A stretch of DNA of 64,000 bases, taken from an uncultured delta proteobacterium (GTDB taxonomy: Bacteria; Desulfobacterota; Desulfuromonadia; Geobacterales; DSM-12255). A model generated the notes under the pieces. That model searched no databases, was not told where the DNA came from, and saw only the letters and a list, made by a program, of their open reading frames with translations. Where the stretch lies: NCBI GenBank assembly GCA_963787125.1, contig CAWBBV010000007.1, forward strand, positions 1-64,000, written 5' to 3'. Every line of letters starts with the position of its first letter. Position 1 is the stretch's first letter. The translations under genes and the position numbers were made by a program. Positions 16,573-26,786 of this stretch are shown piece after piece.

Positions 16573-19500
16573 ATGTTTAGAGTTCTCCTCTCCCTTTTAC
16601 TTTTCATTTTTCCACTGACTGCTCAGGCGGCTCATCAGGTTAAGTTTATAGCTGAAATCCCCGTTGATAAACCTCTTCATGTGGCATCAGATCAATCAGG
16701 TAATATCTACGTAATTACAAAAGATGGATCGATTGCTCTGTTTTCGCCTGAAGGTAAAAAACTGAAAAAGATACAAGCAACAGACTCTAAAAATGAAGCG
16801 GCTCTTAAAAAACCAACCGGTATAGCTGTCCATGGCGAGAGGATATATGTTTGCGACAAATCAAGGGACAGAGTATCCATATTTTCACTAACAGGTGAAT
16901 ACCTTGAGAGTTTTGGCGAAGGTGGCAGCAGCTCAAAACAGTTCAGTAATCCTGAGGGGATATTTGTTTATCAAGGTGTTATTTATGTAGCCGATTATGG
17001 GAATGACCGTATTCAGGTGTTTAGTGACAACGGTGTTTATCTACAGACGATAGGCAGGACAGGCGAAGGGGAGCAGTTGCTCCGGAAGCCTACTGATGTA
17101 ATTGTTGACACCAGGGGGACTGTATATGCAATCGACGGTGACAGCAGGCAGATAAAGATCTACCGGCAGAATGGAAGCTTTGCCGGTAAAATAGCTGCAG
17201 GAGCAAAACCTTTTTCTTTAGGCATCACCGAAGACGGTGTTCTGGTTTCTGATATTGATAATCACAATATTACCAAATTTAATTTTAAAGGAGAGAAACT
17301 GTTTTCTTTCGGTACGGAGGGGACAGGCAGAGTGCAGTTCAAGGAGCTATGGGGGATATCTGCAGACAGTTCTGGCAGAGTTCTTGCTGTTGACGTTGAA
17401 AAAAACAGTGTCCAGATAATTGCTACAGACAAATCCTCTTCAAGTGATCTTCCTTTAAATGTTGCCCCGCCGACAGCGGTCAGATGGAAAAGCGACATAA
17501 GCCTGACCGCAAAGAAAATTGCATTGGATAGAGTAAACAAGGTAATTTATGCGATAGAGCCTGACAAAAAGGCAGTTGTTTTAATCAAGAATGGTAAAAT
17601 TGTAAAAACCCTGAAGCTGAAAGATATAAATCCGGTAGCTGTTGCTTTAGACCCTAATGGGATGCCATGGATATTCGACAAGGAGGAGAGCCAACTGCTT
17701 AAGCTCGATCAGGATGGCAGGATAGTTCTCAAGGTCGGTTCCTCCGGTAGCAAAGAAGGGTATTTTTCAAAACCAAGGGATATATTTATCAGTAAAGACG
17801 GACTTATCTACGTTGCTGACACCAAAAATGACCGGATACAGGTGTTCAATGCGGAAGGGGTCTTTATGAACGCTTTTACCAAGGGAGTCGGTGGGCAGCC
17901 ACTTGAAAGCCCTATTGCTCTGGAGCAGGATGTAAAAGGGAACCTATACGTATTGCTGGAATCAAATAACTCGATAGTGGTTTTAGCTCCTAACGGCGAA
18001 CCTCTGCGAGACTTTAACCCTAAGACTCAAGGAAATGGCAAACTTGAAGAGCCGGTTGGGCTTGTCATTAGCAACAACGAATTGATGGTTCTGGATCAGG
18101 GGAGCAATAACCTGAAAGTGTTCAGCCTCCTTGGTGATTTCAAAAGAGAATTTGGTGCCAAGGGTGCAGGCAAGGGAGACTTCAAAAAACCTTCAGCCGT
18201 AGCTGTTATTGACAGCAACAGCTTTATGGTAGCTGATACCGGTAACAGCAGGATTCAGGAATTCATCACTATCCATACGCCACCACCACCACAAGGGGTT
18301 GCCGCAAAAGCTGGGATGAGAAACATTGATATTTCCTGGAACATTCCCAATGATTCCGTTGTTGATTCGTTCAGGGTCTTCCGTTCAGGTCCTGAGAACC
18401 TTGGATATAAAGAACTTGCCGAGATAACATCAACTTCATATCAGGACAAGGATGTTCTGCCTGATGCAAGCTATTCTTATAGAGTAAGTGCGCTTGTCAA
18501 AGGTGGTAACGAGAATATTTCAATCGAAAGCTCGACTGCCATACCTATGAAGTTTACGCCTAAAGCGCCGGTATCCCTCGAAGCTAAAAGCCAGGAGTGG
18601 TCAGTGGACCTGGCGTGGAAATCTGAGGGTCAGCCTTATATAGACTACTATGCCATTTACCGGGCAAGTGCCGAAAAGGATGTGTCACCCATACTCCTTG
18701 GCAAGACTAAAGAAAGCAACTACTCAGAAGGTGGATTGGGGTCTGATACAGCTTACAGGTACTTAGTTGCTGCTGTAAGTATTGATGGGATGGAGAGTGA
18801 GCAGGTCGGAGTTGATGTCAGGACTATAGTTGCCACTAAACCACCACTTGAAATAGATATTGTTGAGATGAGCGATATTTTTTCTAATACCTATAAAATT
18901 TACGAGAATGAAGGCATTGGCAAGGTACGGCTAACTAATAACACAAGAAATGAGATCGTGGCATTGAAGCTTGCTTTCAATATCAAGGAGTTCATGGATT
19001 TTGCTACTGAAACTGAGATAAAAAGCCTGCCTCCCAGGCAAAGCAGTGAGCTGACCCTTAAAGCGGTATTTAATAACAAAATCCTGGAAGTGACTGAAGA
19101 TACGCCGGTGCAAACAGAACTGAAGGCCTCTTATTTCGAGAATCAGAAGCAGCGTAGTTTCTCCAAGAACAACACGATTAATCTTTACGAAAAACACCGG
19201 ATGATGTGGAACAATAAGGACAGGGTCGCGACTTTCGTTACCTCGAAAGATCCGGTTGTTCTCGAATTCACAAGGTCAGTGGTGACTCAATATTCGGATA
19301 TCGGCTCTCCGCTCGTTTATGCAGCAGCAATCTACGATTATCTTGGCTTTACCGGGATGACATACCTGCAGCATCCCAATAACCCGTATCAGATAGTAGA
19401 AGGGAAAACAAATTTCATAGATTACGTTCAGTATCCTCGGGAGACATTGAAACGAAATTCGGGAGTTTGTACAGATCTGGTCGTATTTTTCACTGCTGCA

Positions 19501-20280
19501 CTTGAAGGCCTTGGCATAAGGACAATGCTTCTTGGAACACCGGATCACCTGTTTATGATGTTTGCTGTAGGGCAGGTGGCAGAGCTCGGCGAATCCACCA
19601 TGAATGGCATGTTTGCAATCTACGAGGGGACGGTATGGGCGCCGATTGAGTTGACTCTTGTTGGCTCTAACTTCATGAAGGCGTGGGAAACAGGTAGTAA
19701 GGAGTATTATGAATGGAAGGAAAAAGGGTTGGAATTTACAGATCTCGGCAAAGCCTGGGGCAGATACAAGCCGGCCACTCTGCCAGTTACGGAGTGGCGT
19801 GCACATGTAGTTAAAAGGGCTGAGATTGACAATCGTTACGCAAACGAGCTAGTCAAGCTTAATAAAATCAAACTTAAATACACCAGTAATAGATATTTCG
19901 TTCAGATTAACAGCAATCCTGCTGACGGGAACGCATATCATCAACTTGGCATAATATACGGAGAAGCCGGAGAGTTGGACGACGCTCGGAATTATCTGGA
20001 AAAAGCTCAGGCAATCTTTCCGGGCAGCGCTGAAGTGGTAAATAACCTGGCAAATATATACTATCTTAAAAAAGAATACTCTGCGGCAGCGCAGGCATAT
20101 GAAAAGGCCGCGGAACTTGATCCGGCAGACCCCAATATCCTGGTAAACCTTTCGCTTTGCTATCTGAAGCTTGATAATAAGGCGAAGGCGACAGAAGTTT
20201 TTCAGCGAGCCAGCAAGAAGGATCCGTTGCTTGTGAAGAAACACAGGACAATTGCCATTGAACTTTTAGGGAGCATGTAA
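16573..20280 (+). CDS. Large exported NHL beta-propeller / FN3 / transglutaminase-like / TPR protein
   Basis: Signal peptide (AQA); many YVAD.GN.RIQVF NHL repeats; two FN3-like blocks; YPRETL..SGVCTD...DHLF; C-terminal TPRs. Confidence 0.8.
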   Translation: MFRVLLSLLLFIFPLTAQAAHQVKFIAEIPVDKPLHVASDQSGNIYVITKDGSIALFSPEGKKLKKIQATDSKNEAALKKPTGIAVHGERIYVCDKSRDRVSIFSLTGEYLESFGEGGSSSKQFSNPEGIFVYQGVIYVADYGNDRIQVFSDNGVYLQTIGRTGEGEQLLRKPTDVIVDTRGTVYAIDGDSRQIKIYRQNGSFAGKIAAGAKPFSLGITEDGVLVSDIDNHNITKFNFKGEKLFSFGTEGTGRVQFKELWGISADSSGRVLAVDVEKNSVQIIATDKSSSSDLPLNVAPPTAVRWKSDISLTAKKIALDRVNKVIYAIEPDKKAVVLIKNGKIVKTLKLKDINPVAVALDPNGMPWIFDKEESQLLKLDQDGRIVLKVGSSGSKEGYFSKPRDIFISKDGLIYVADTKNDRIQVFNAEGVFMNAFTKGVGGQPLESPIALEQDVKGNLYVLLESNNSIVVLAPNGEPLRDFNPKTQGNGKLEEPVGLVISNNELMVLDQGSNNLKVFSLLGDFKREFGAKGAGKGDFKKPSAVAVIDSNSFMVADTGNSRIQEFITIHTPPPPQGVAAKAGMRNIDISWNIPNDSVVDSFRVFRSGPENLGYKELAEITSTSYQDKDVLPDASYSYRVSALVKGGNENISIESSTAIPMKFTPKAPVSLEAKSQEWSVDLAWKSEGQPYIDYYAIYRASAEKDVSPILLGKTKESNYSEGGLGSDTAYRYLVAAVSIDGMESEQVGVDVRTIVATKPPLEIDIVEMSDIFSNTYKIYENEGIGKVRLTNNTRNEIVALKLAFNIKEFMDFATETEIKSLPPRQSSELTLKAVFNNKILEVTEDTPVQTELKASYFENQKQRSFSKNNTINLYEKHRMMWNNKDRVATFVTSKDPVVLEFTRSVVTQYSDIGSPLVYAAAIYDYLGFTGMTYLQHPNNPYQIVEGKTNFIDYVQYPRETLKRNSGVCTDLVVFFTAALEGLGIRTMLLGTPDHLFMMFAVGQVAELGESTMNGMFAIYEGTVWAPIELTLVGSNFMKAWETGSKEYYEWKEKGLEFTDLGKAWGRYKPATLPVTEWRAHVVKRAEIDNRYANELVKLNKIKLKYTSNRYFVQINSNPADGNAYHQLGIIYGEAGELDDARNYLEKAQAIFPGSAEVVNNLANIYYLKKEYSAAAQAYEKAAELDPADPNILVNLSLCYLKLDNKAKATEVFQRASKKDPLLVKKHRTIAIELLGSM

Positions 20281-20305
20281 CTTAGTGCAGAGGTTACTCT
20301 GTACT

Positions 20306-22127
20306 GATAGTGTCAAAAGTTTCATGAAAAGCCGGGATATTGAAATGGAAAGTACTCGAAAGTAAACGATGCCCTTCATCTGCATCTTTTCCGAGTCTGT
20401 CCAGACTGTGACTTCACTACTTTGTGGTTACTGGCTTGAATTTTGGGCAAGCCACTCTGTGACCAGGCACGTGAGATAGTTGGTCAGATTAAAACAACAA
20501 TCAGTAAATTGATCTTTGAAGACGGGAAGTCAGGCAGCTAGCGAGAGGATCTTGGTCCATCTAGCCTGAATGGTCGGCAGTGCCTTCAACTCCTGCAAAG
20601 GCACCGGTGGTAGATATTTTAGCGACATGTGAGGCCTGAGGAAGTTGTAGTGGGTCACAAACAGCGTAGTTAAAGATACCGCACCGTTTGTGCTGTTGAA
20701 TCCTGCTGCTGGCCTTACATGATACTTGAAGGTTCTGTTGAGCCGCTCAACGAGCTGCTTGAAGGATCTGTACTCTTCGGACTCGGCATCAAGGTTTTGG
20801 AGGCCAATAACCTTTTTGTGCTGAATCGTCTGGGAATCATCAGTCTGGGCATTGATGAAATGAATGCCAGCTGGATAAGAAGGGTTTCCGTCGCTGACAA
20901 GGGTTATTTGCTGATCGGCAGAAGCAGTCCTGATGGCTTCATTCATAGCGATAATGGCAGGCTGAGTGCCCCTGTTATCGGCCACGTGATAGGCGGAGAT
21001 TTTCAGGTTCTTTGCCGAGATAAAAAAGAAGACATAATGGTGCTTGCCCAGGATCTTGATGTAGGTCTCATCACCTGCAGAGATATTATCGATATGGCCT
21101 TTATGCTTGAGATTGAATCGGTGGCAGTGCCAGGCGGCGCCAGCGGCATAATTGAGAACTGTCTGATGAGAAACCTTGATACAGAAGACTTCGCGCAGGA
21201 TTTGAGCAGTTTTTCTGGCCGGAACGGCGAATGAAACATAGAAAGTCAGAATCAGGCCAAGCACGTTTTCGCTGTTATGGATTCTCGCCAGTTCGACCGG
21301 CGGTTTGTCCGGAGAAGAGAGTTCCAACTCTTCCGGTTTGTAGTGATATTCGCGGTACTGGTAGTTGATTTTGAACTGAGAACTTTTCTTTTTCATCAGC
21401 TCTTTCTCGGCTTTATTGAGCTTGGCAAGCGCCTGGATACGGTGAGGACAGTTATCATTTGGGCACTTGTGGATGGTCACTTCCTTTTGCGACTTCCACC
21501 TGAAGAGAGCCAGCCCGCAATGGGGACAGAAGAGCTTTGACTTTCTGTTGGTTCTGAAGCGCTGTTGGAGTTGGAAGAGTTGAGAGCAAACCTTGCAGAG
21601 AACTTGAGAGCGCTTCTTTCCGTCGTTGAAGTAGAGATAAGTATTTGGCGCTCCGCAGCAGGGACAGGTGACATGCACTGGAACCGGTGATGAACCCGCC
21701 CGGAGCTTGACCGGAGCAAGAGACTTTCCGTGAAGTGTTTCGTACTCAATCAGGAGTTGCCGGTAGTCTTTTTGATCGAGGTCTTTTTTTTAAACTTTGG
21801 GGGCTCAGTCAGTGGCGGCTTGGGATCGACAATAAAGTTTCTGTAGTTCGGATGTTTCTCTTTGAAATCGTCCTTTGGCTTAACTTCAGGATTACGATTT
21901 TCGAGGACATCTGACAACCCGACGACGATCTGTTCAATCTCGGTCTTTGTAAACTTGGAGCAAATCCAGACAACAAACCGGGCAGTTTTGGATAGGTACG
22001 ACATGAGCTAGCCCTCCATAACTGGCATTCTTAACCAGAATCACGGGGGGAGGCAAGACTTTGATTGGTAATGCATTGAAATTAGAACTGAAAAGCAAAA
22101 AGACATGTCAAGAAGTTTGACACAACG
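20306..22127 (-). mobile_element. IS6-like insertion sequence (~1.82 kb)
   Basis: Imperfect terminal inverted repeats GATAGTGTCAAAAGTTTCATGA and (revcomp) CGTTGTGTCAAACTTCTTGA; 8-bp direct repeat TCTGTACT at 20298-20305 and 22128-22135. Confidence 0.85.
20530..22004 (-). CDS. DDE transposase in two frames (21750-22004 and 20530-~21790) joined by a -1 shift
   Basis: DETYIKI, SDGNPSY, ERLNRTFK triad; CxxC zinc ribbons; A-AAA-AAG at about 21783-21789 (minus strand) links the frames with no intervening stop. Confidence 0.8.
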
Positions 22128-22152
22128 TCTGTACTGACAAGGAGATTCAGCC

Positions 22153-22737
22153 ATGATAAAAAGGATCATATTTTCTCTGACACTTATTCTGGCGGCTGCG
22201 GCAGCTCATGGTGAGCAGAAGGACGGGTTCTGGGACAAGCTTCAGTACAAACTTGAGAAGGTTACCCCAACGAAAAAGGCAGCTTCAACGACCGCAGTCG
22301 GAGGCGTACGAGGAGCCAAGAACGATGAATCTGCGGATATTTATTGGAAAGGTAAAGATAAAACTTTAGAAATGAGTGAAGAAGAGCTGCTGAAGTTCAA
22401 CCAGGCTGTTGAGACCAAGATGAAGGGGGACAATGAACTGGCTCTTAAGCAGTTCGAAGAGTTCTTGGCTCTGTATCCGCAAAGTTCTTACAGGGTAGAA
22501 GGGTTGCAGGCAGTCGATAAAATCAAACTTGAAATCTATCTTGCCAAAAACCCTCCCAAAATTGAGGCTGTTGTCCCCCCTCAGAAAGAGATCGCAGCTA
22601 CTTCAAATGGCATCGCTGCTCAACCGATTGGTGCTGCGTTTCCCGTGAAAGAGATCGTCCCCATGAAAGAAGTTGCCCCCCCTGCAGTGCAGCCTCCGGC
22701 TCCGTCGCTGGATTCAGTCTCTGAGCCTGTGAAATAG
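22153..22737 (+). CDS. Exported hypothetical protein with TPR-like segment and Pro-rich tail
   Basis: SD AAGGAG; signal peptide; ALKQFEEFLALYPQS; AVGGVRG motif. Confidence 0.7.
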   Translation: MIKRIIFSLTLILAAAAAHGEQKDGFWDKLQYKLEKVTPTKKAASTTAVGGVRGAKNDESADIYWKGKDKTLEMSEEELLKFNQAVETKMKGDNELALKQFEEFLALYPQSSYRVEGLQAVDKIKLEIYLAKNPPKIEAVVPPQKEIAATSNGIAAQPIGAAFPVKEIVPMKEVAPPAVQPPAPSLDSVSEPVK

Positions 22738-22786
22738 ACTTGCCGGGCACACATGTGAGGAGAAGATAAGCATCTTCTCCTCATTT

Positions 22787-25141
22787 TTAATTCATGATCT
22801 TCACCACCGTAACACCGTCACTCCCTTCGAAATTTTCTCCGGAGCGAAAACCTTCAACATGGGGGCTCCTTGAGAGATATTCCCTGACCCCGCGCATCAG
22901 AGAACCTGTCCCTCTGCCATGGATGATCCGGACTTCATTCAAGGCGTGGAGAGTGCAGCTGTCGAGAAATTTATCGAGTTCAACCAGAGCTTCTTCAACC
23001 CTTAACCCGATCAAGTTGAGTTCTTGCAGAGCTTCAGGCCGACTTTGGGGGGTGCCTTTAATTTTGGCAGGTCGTCCCGGTTTTTCATTCTCAGCTGCTG
23101 AAACTGCTGATAATGGAACCTCAAGCTCGAGGCTGCCGGCTCGCAGCCGGAGCCGTTGCTGCCTGCTGTCAACAGTTAATACTGTTGCATTGTTGCCAAG
23201 GGATTTAACGTAAACTGTAGCGCCGGGTTGTAATACCGCAGCCGCAATAATCTTTTTAGGGTTGAGCTCGTCCAGTTGCGTCACTAATTTTGCCTCCAGC
23301 TGCGTTATTTTTTTTGCAGACTGGTTGCTTTTCTCTTTTTTTGCTTCATCAAGAATTCTGTTAATCTCGGCCTTTGCCGAATTTACAAGCGCTTTTGCCT
23401 CCAATAACCCTTTCTCTCTTGCTTCGCGCCGGATCCGGTCCAGATCTGCTAAAGCGGATTCAATGGTTTTCTCTCGTCCATAAACCTGCTCCTCACGATT
23501 GAGAAGCTCGCAATGCAGGCTTTCATTTACTCGCTTGCTCTCCTTAAGTTCAGCGAGAAGGGAGTGAAATTCTGACTCCATTTTTCCGACTAAAGATCCG
23601 GCCGTAACTATTAAGCTTTCAGGCAGACCACAGCGTCTGGCGATGTCGAGAGCATGGGACTGCCCGGGTGCCCCCATGCTCAGTCTGAACAATGGAGTCA
23701 GGGTCTCACTGTCGAACTCCATGGCAGCGTTCAACATCTCAGGGGTTTTCTGTACAAAGGCGACAATATCGACGAGATGTGTTGTCGCCAGGACGAGCGA
23801 ACCTCTTTTCATGAATTCTGCCAGAGTAGCGCAAGCGATAGCCCCACCCTGAACAGGATCGGTTCCTGTCCCGAGCTCATCAAGAAGAATGATTGTTCTT
23901 TCATCTGCCCGTTGAAGTATTGCAGCTATTTTGCGGACGTGAGCCGAGAAAGTTGACAAGCTCTCTTCAATAGACTGTTCATCGCCGATATCAGCGGTTA
24001 TCAGCGCACTAGCTGGAAAGACAGATTTCCTGTCAGCCGGCACCGGTAAGCCGGACTGAGCCATCAAAGCCAGGAGGCCGGTTGCTTTGAGGGCGATCGT
24101 CTTGCCCCCGGTGTTTGGCCCGGTGATCAATAAAGTTCTTATTCCGGTACCTTCTCCAACCTTAAGGTCGAACGGGACCACATTCAAGACAGCATGCTCC
24201 TTTGCGAGTAAAAGGAGCAGCGGATGGAATCCAGCGACTATTTCCAGCGTCATGTTATCGACAACCTGCGGTTTTTTTGCGTCTATAAGTTCGGCAAAAC
24301 AGGCGATCGAGTTGAGGAAGTCGAGGTTTACCATAGCTCGGAAGTTTGCAAGAATTGCGTCAGCATCCTCCCTGATCCAGCCGGTTATCTCTCGGAGGAT
24401 TCTTAACTGCTCGGCCTTTTCCTCTGCACTCAGGTTCTCAAGCTCATTCACCAGACCGATCACCTCTATCGGCTCCATAAAAGCAGTCTCACCGGTTCTG
24501 GACACATCATGGACAACGCCCGGGACCATCCCTTTCGAGTCCATCCTGACAGGAATCACCCATCTGCCGTTCCTTTGAGTAATGAAGTCATCCTGAAGAA
24601 AAATGGCAACCTGCCGTTCTCTGACGATCTCTTCGAGGCGCTTTCTTATCCTGCCCGTAAGATGTCTCTGGTTTTTACGGAGAGTGAAAAGAAGGTTTGA
24701 TGCCGTATCCAGAAGGCCTCCATCCGGCGCAATAATCTGCTCAAGAGCTTCCAGGATCTCAGGAAAGGCGGCAATGTCCTGCGAGAACTCCGTAAGCAGC
24801 GGAATGTCGTCGCGATAGAGAAAAATTGCTGTCAGCCGTTGCGAGATCTTCAACAGGGGGGGCAGCAGAGAAAGCTCATCGGTAGTCAGTAAAGAGCCTT
24901 TTGCCCGGGAGAGATTAATTATGTCGACTATGTCATCAAAAGGATCAAACGGCAGTCTTAACCCTGAGAAAAAAAGTGTGCGTATCTCTTCTATCAGCGA
25001 AAGACGCAGTTCAATTTCTACCTTTGATCCTAGCGGGGACAGCCGGTGAATCAGCGGGAGCGTCGCTGGTGAGTGGGCAAAAAGAGTTATGCGGTCAAGA
25101 ATCTTGTTGAATTCAAGCAGGCGGGGGGTATCGTTGCTCAT
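22787..25141 (-). CDS. mutS2: MutS2 (ATPase, coiled coil, KOW, Smr)
   Basis: LEFNKIL start, TGPNTGGKT, DIGDEQSIEESLSTFSAH, DELGTGTDP, Smr IIHGRGTG. Confidence 0.95.
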   Translation of the reverse strand: MSNDTPRLLEFNKILDRITLFAHSPATLPLIHRLSPLGSKVEIELRLSLIEEIRTLFFSGLRLPFDPFDDIVDIINLSRAKGSLLTTDELSLLPPLLKISQRLTAIFLYRDDIPLLTEFSQDIAAFPEILEALEQIIAPDGGLLDTASNLLFTLRKNQRHLTGRIRKRLEEIVRERQVAIFLQDDFITQRNGRWVIPVRMDSKGMVPGVVHDVSRTGETAFMEPIEVIGLVNELENLSAEEKAEQLRILREITGWIREDADAILANFRAMVNLDFLNSIACFAELIDAKKPQVVDNMTLEIVAGFHPLLLLLAKEHAVLNVVPFDLKVGEGTGIRTLLITGPNTGGKTIALKATGLLALMAQSGLPVPADRKSVFPASALITADIGDEQSIEESLSTFSAHVRKIAAILQRADERTIILLDELGTGTDPVQGGAIACATLAEFMKRGSLVLATTHLVDIVAFVQKTPEMLNAAMEFDSETLTPLFRLSMGAPGQSHALDIARRCGLPESLIVTAGSLVGKMESEFHSLLAELKESKRVNESLHCELLNREEQVYGREKTIESALADLDRIRREAREKGLLEAKALVNSAKAEINRILDEAKKEKSNQSAKKITQLEAKLVTQLDELNPKKIIAAAVLQPGATVYVKSLGNNATVLTVDSRQQRLRLRAGSLELEVPLSAVSAAENEKPGRPAKIKGTPQSRPEALQELNLIGLRVEEALVELDKFLDSCTLHALNEVRIIHGRGTGSLMRGVREYLSRSPHVEGFRSGENFEGSDGVTVVKIMN

Positions 25142-25494
25142 TATACCTCATCTTTTTCGGCTCTTCTGCGCTTTGAACGCGATTTCTGCCGTCTAATTCT
25201 GTCTCTCTTAATATCCACCGCAGTAGTAAGTCCCATCCCGGCCGCTATCTTTTCAAGCAGTTCCCTGCGGGCAATGAAACGGTTTACGGATTGACTACGT
25301 TCGCGCATGCATTTTACCTCCAGCCCTGAGGGGAGATGTAAGAGCTGGACGCAGGTAGAGGACTTATTAACATGCTGCCCGCCTTTACCTGAAGAGCGGA
25401 TAAAGTTTTCCCTGAAATCTGCTTCAACCACGCCGAGTTCTGCCATCCGCTTGCAGAGCAGCCTCTGTTTTTCTTCACTGACCGCAAATAGCAT
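25141..25494 (-). CDS. Stand-alone GGQ peptidyl-tRNA hydrolase (release factor-like)
   Basis: FIRSSGKGGQHVNK...HLPSG...CMRERSQSVNR with basic C-terminal tail; TAATG overlap with mutS2. Confidence 0.85.
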   Translation of the reverse strand: MLFAVSEEKQRLLCKRMAELGVVEADFRENFIRSSGKGGQHVNKSSTCVQLLHLPSGLEVKCMRERSQSVNRFIARRELLEKIAAGMGLTTAVDIKRDRIRRQKSRSKRRRAEKDEV

Positions 25495-25613
25495 AATTGA
25501 AAAATTTCCCCACTGACTTGACTCTGCATAATACCCTTATCTGTTTAAACTGCAAACTGGCAATTTAGACAGGAGCCTTGTCACCTTCACTATCGTATGT
25601 TAAGTTACCGGCG

Positions 25614-26579
25614 ATGAAAATTTCAATAGTCATACCGGTGAAGCCGGGTGGTGCGGTTGTTGCGATTACTGCGCTGAAAAATCTTGCTCCCGATTCGCCG
25701 GATTTCGAGGTCATTGTTGCCGAGGGTCGTAGGCCGAGCTGTCAGCGCAACCAGGCTGCAAAAATGGCTAAAGGTGACATTCTTTACTTCCTTGATGACG
25801 ATTCTCTGGCAGTTCCTGATGCCCTTAAGCGAATAGCTGCCTGTTTTAAAGATGAGGCCGTTGCCGTTCTGGGGGGGCCCTCTTTAACGCCTTCAGAAGA
25901 TTCACTTTTCCAGCGCGCTGTAGCCTGGGCTCTTTCTTCTTCATTCGGGGGAGGGGCGATCAGGAACCGTTATCGCAGTTATGGAATCCTGCGCAATACC
26001 GATGACAGGGAGCTGATTCTTTGTAATCTTGCCTTCAGGAAAGAAGTTTATCTTGCTTATGGCGGCCTGGATGAGCGGTTGTATCCTAATGAAGAGAACG
26101 AGCTTATAGACAGGCTGCTGGCGTCCGGAGCGCGCCTTCTCCACGATCCGGAAATGTTCGTAAAAAGAAGCCAGCGCCCGAATCTCGCTGCTTTCATCAG
26201 GCAGATGAAAGGTTATGGCAAGGGGCGAGCCGAACAGTGCCTTATCAGCCGCTCCATGAGTTTTAAAGCAGTACTCCCGGCGCTGTTCGCGCTCTACTCA
26301 CTGTCCTTGCCGCTATTTTTTCCTTTCTGGTGGTATAATCTGCCGGCACTCACCTACCTTGTGGCAATTTTTGCCAATATGATGATAGCTGTTCAGGGAG
26401 GGGGGGTGCTGCTTGCCTTAAGGCTCCCGTTGGTATATACACTGCTTCACTTCTGCTACGGCGCAGGATTCATCACCGGGCTAGTTGCCCCAAGATTCAC
26501 CAGTGGTAATGGAGTTCCGGTGGAAGTCACTTTAAAACCACTGAAAAATCTTGGTAGCGACTGGCTATATGATGGCTAG
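25614..26579 (+). CDS. Glycosyltransferase family 2 with C-terminal TM helices
   Basis: KISIVIP, QRNQAA..AKGDILYFLDDD, hydrophobic C-terminus. Confidence 0.85.
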   Translation: MKISIVIPVKPGGAVVAITALKNLAPDSPDFEVIVAEGRRPSCQRNQAAKMAKGDILYFLDDDSLAVPDALKRIAACFKDEAVAVLGGPSLTPSEDSLFQRAVAWALSSSFGGGAIRNRYRSYGILRNTDDRELILCNLAFRKEVYLAYGGLDERLYPNEENELIDRLLASGARLLHDPEMFVKRSQRPNLAAFIRQMKGYGKGRAEQCLISRSMSFKAVLPALFALYSLSLPLFFPFWWYNLPALTYLVAIFANMMIAVQGGGVLLALRLPLVYTLLHFCYGAGFITGLVAPRFTSGNGVPVEVTLKPLKNLGSDWLYDG

Positions 26580-26720
26580 TTTTAGCATGCTCGGCTATAT
26601 AACGTAGAAGCTGCTTTAATGAAAACTGCATCCGTTTTCTCAAAGTGCTAACAGTCCTCTGACTGCCTGATAAAACAGCCCTTTTCTGTAGTCTTGAAAA
26701 GGCAGGCTGGAGGAATGATT

Positions 26721-26737
26721 TTGGCGTAAAATTTGCT
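26721..26737 (+). promoter_or_regulatory. Sigma54 (-24/-12) promoter
   Basis: TTGGCGTAAAATTTGCT: GG-N10-GC spacing, about 50 nt before ATG 26787. Confidence 0.7.
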
Positions 26738-26786
26738 TTGATTGAATATCGACTTTTCCGTAATTGATTATCCCGAGGAGGATTAC

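Noticed and set aside
22117..22150. Outward TTGACA in the IS end forming a hybrid promoter
   Set aside because: No -10-like hexamer at 16-18 nt spacing; that position is the SD.
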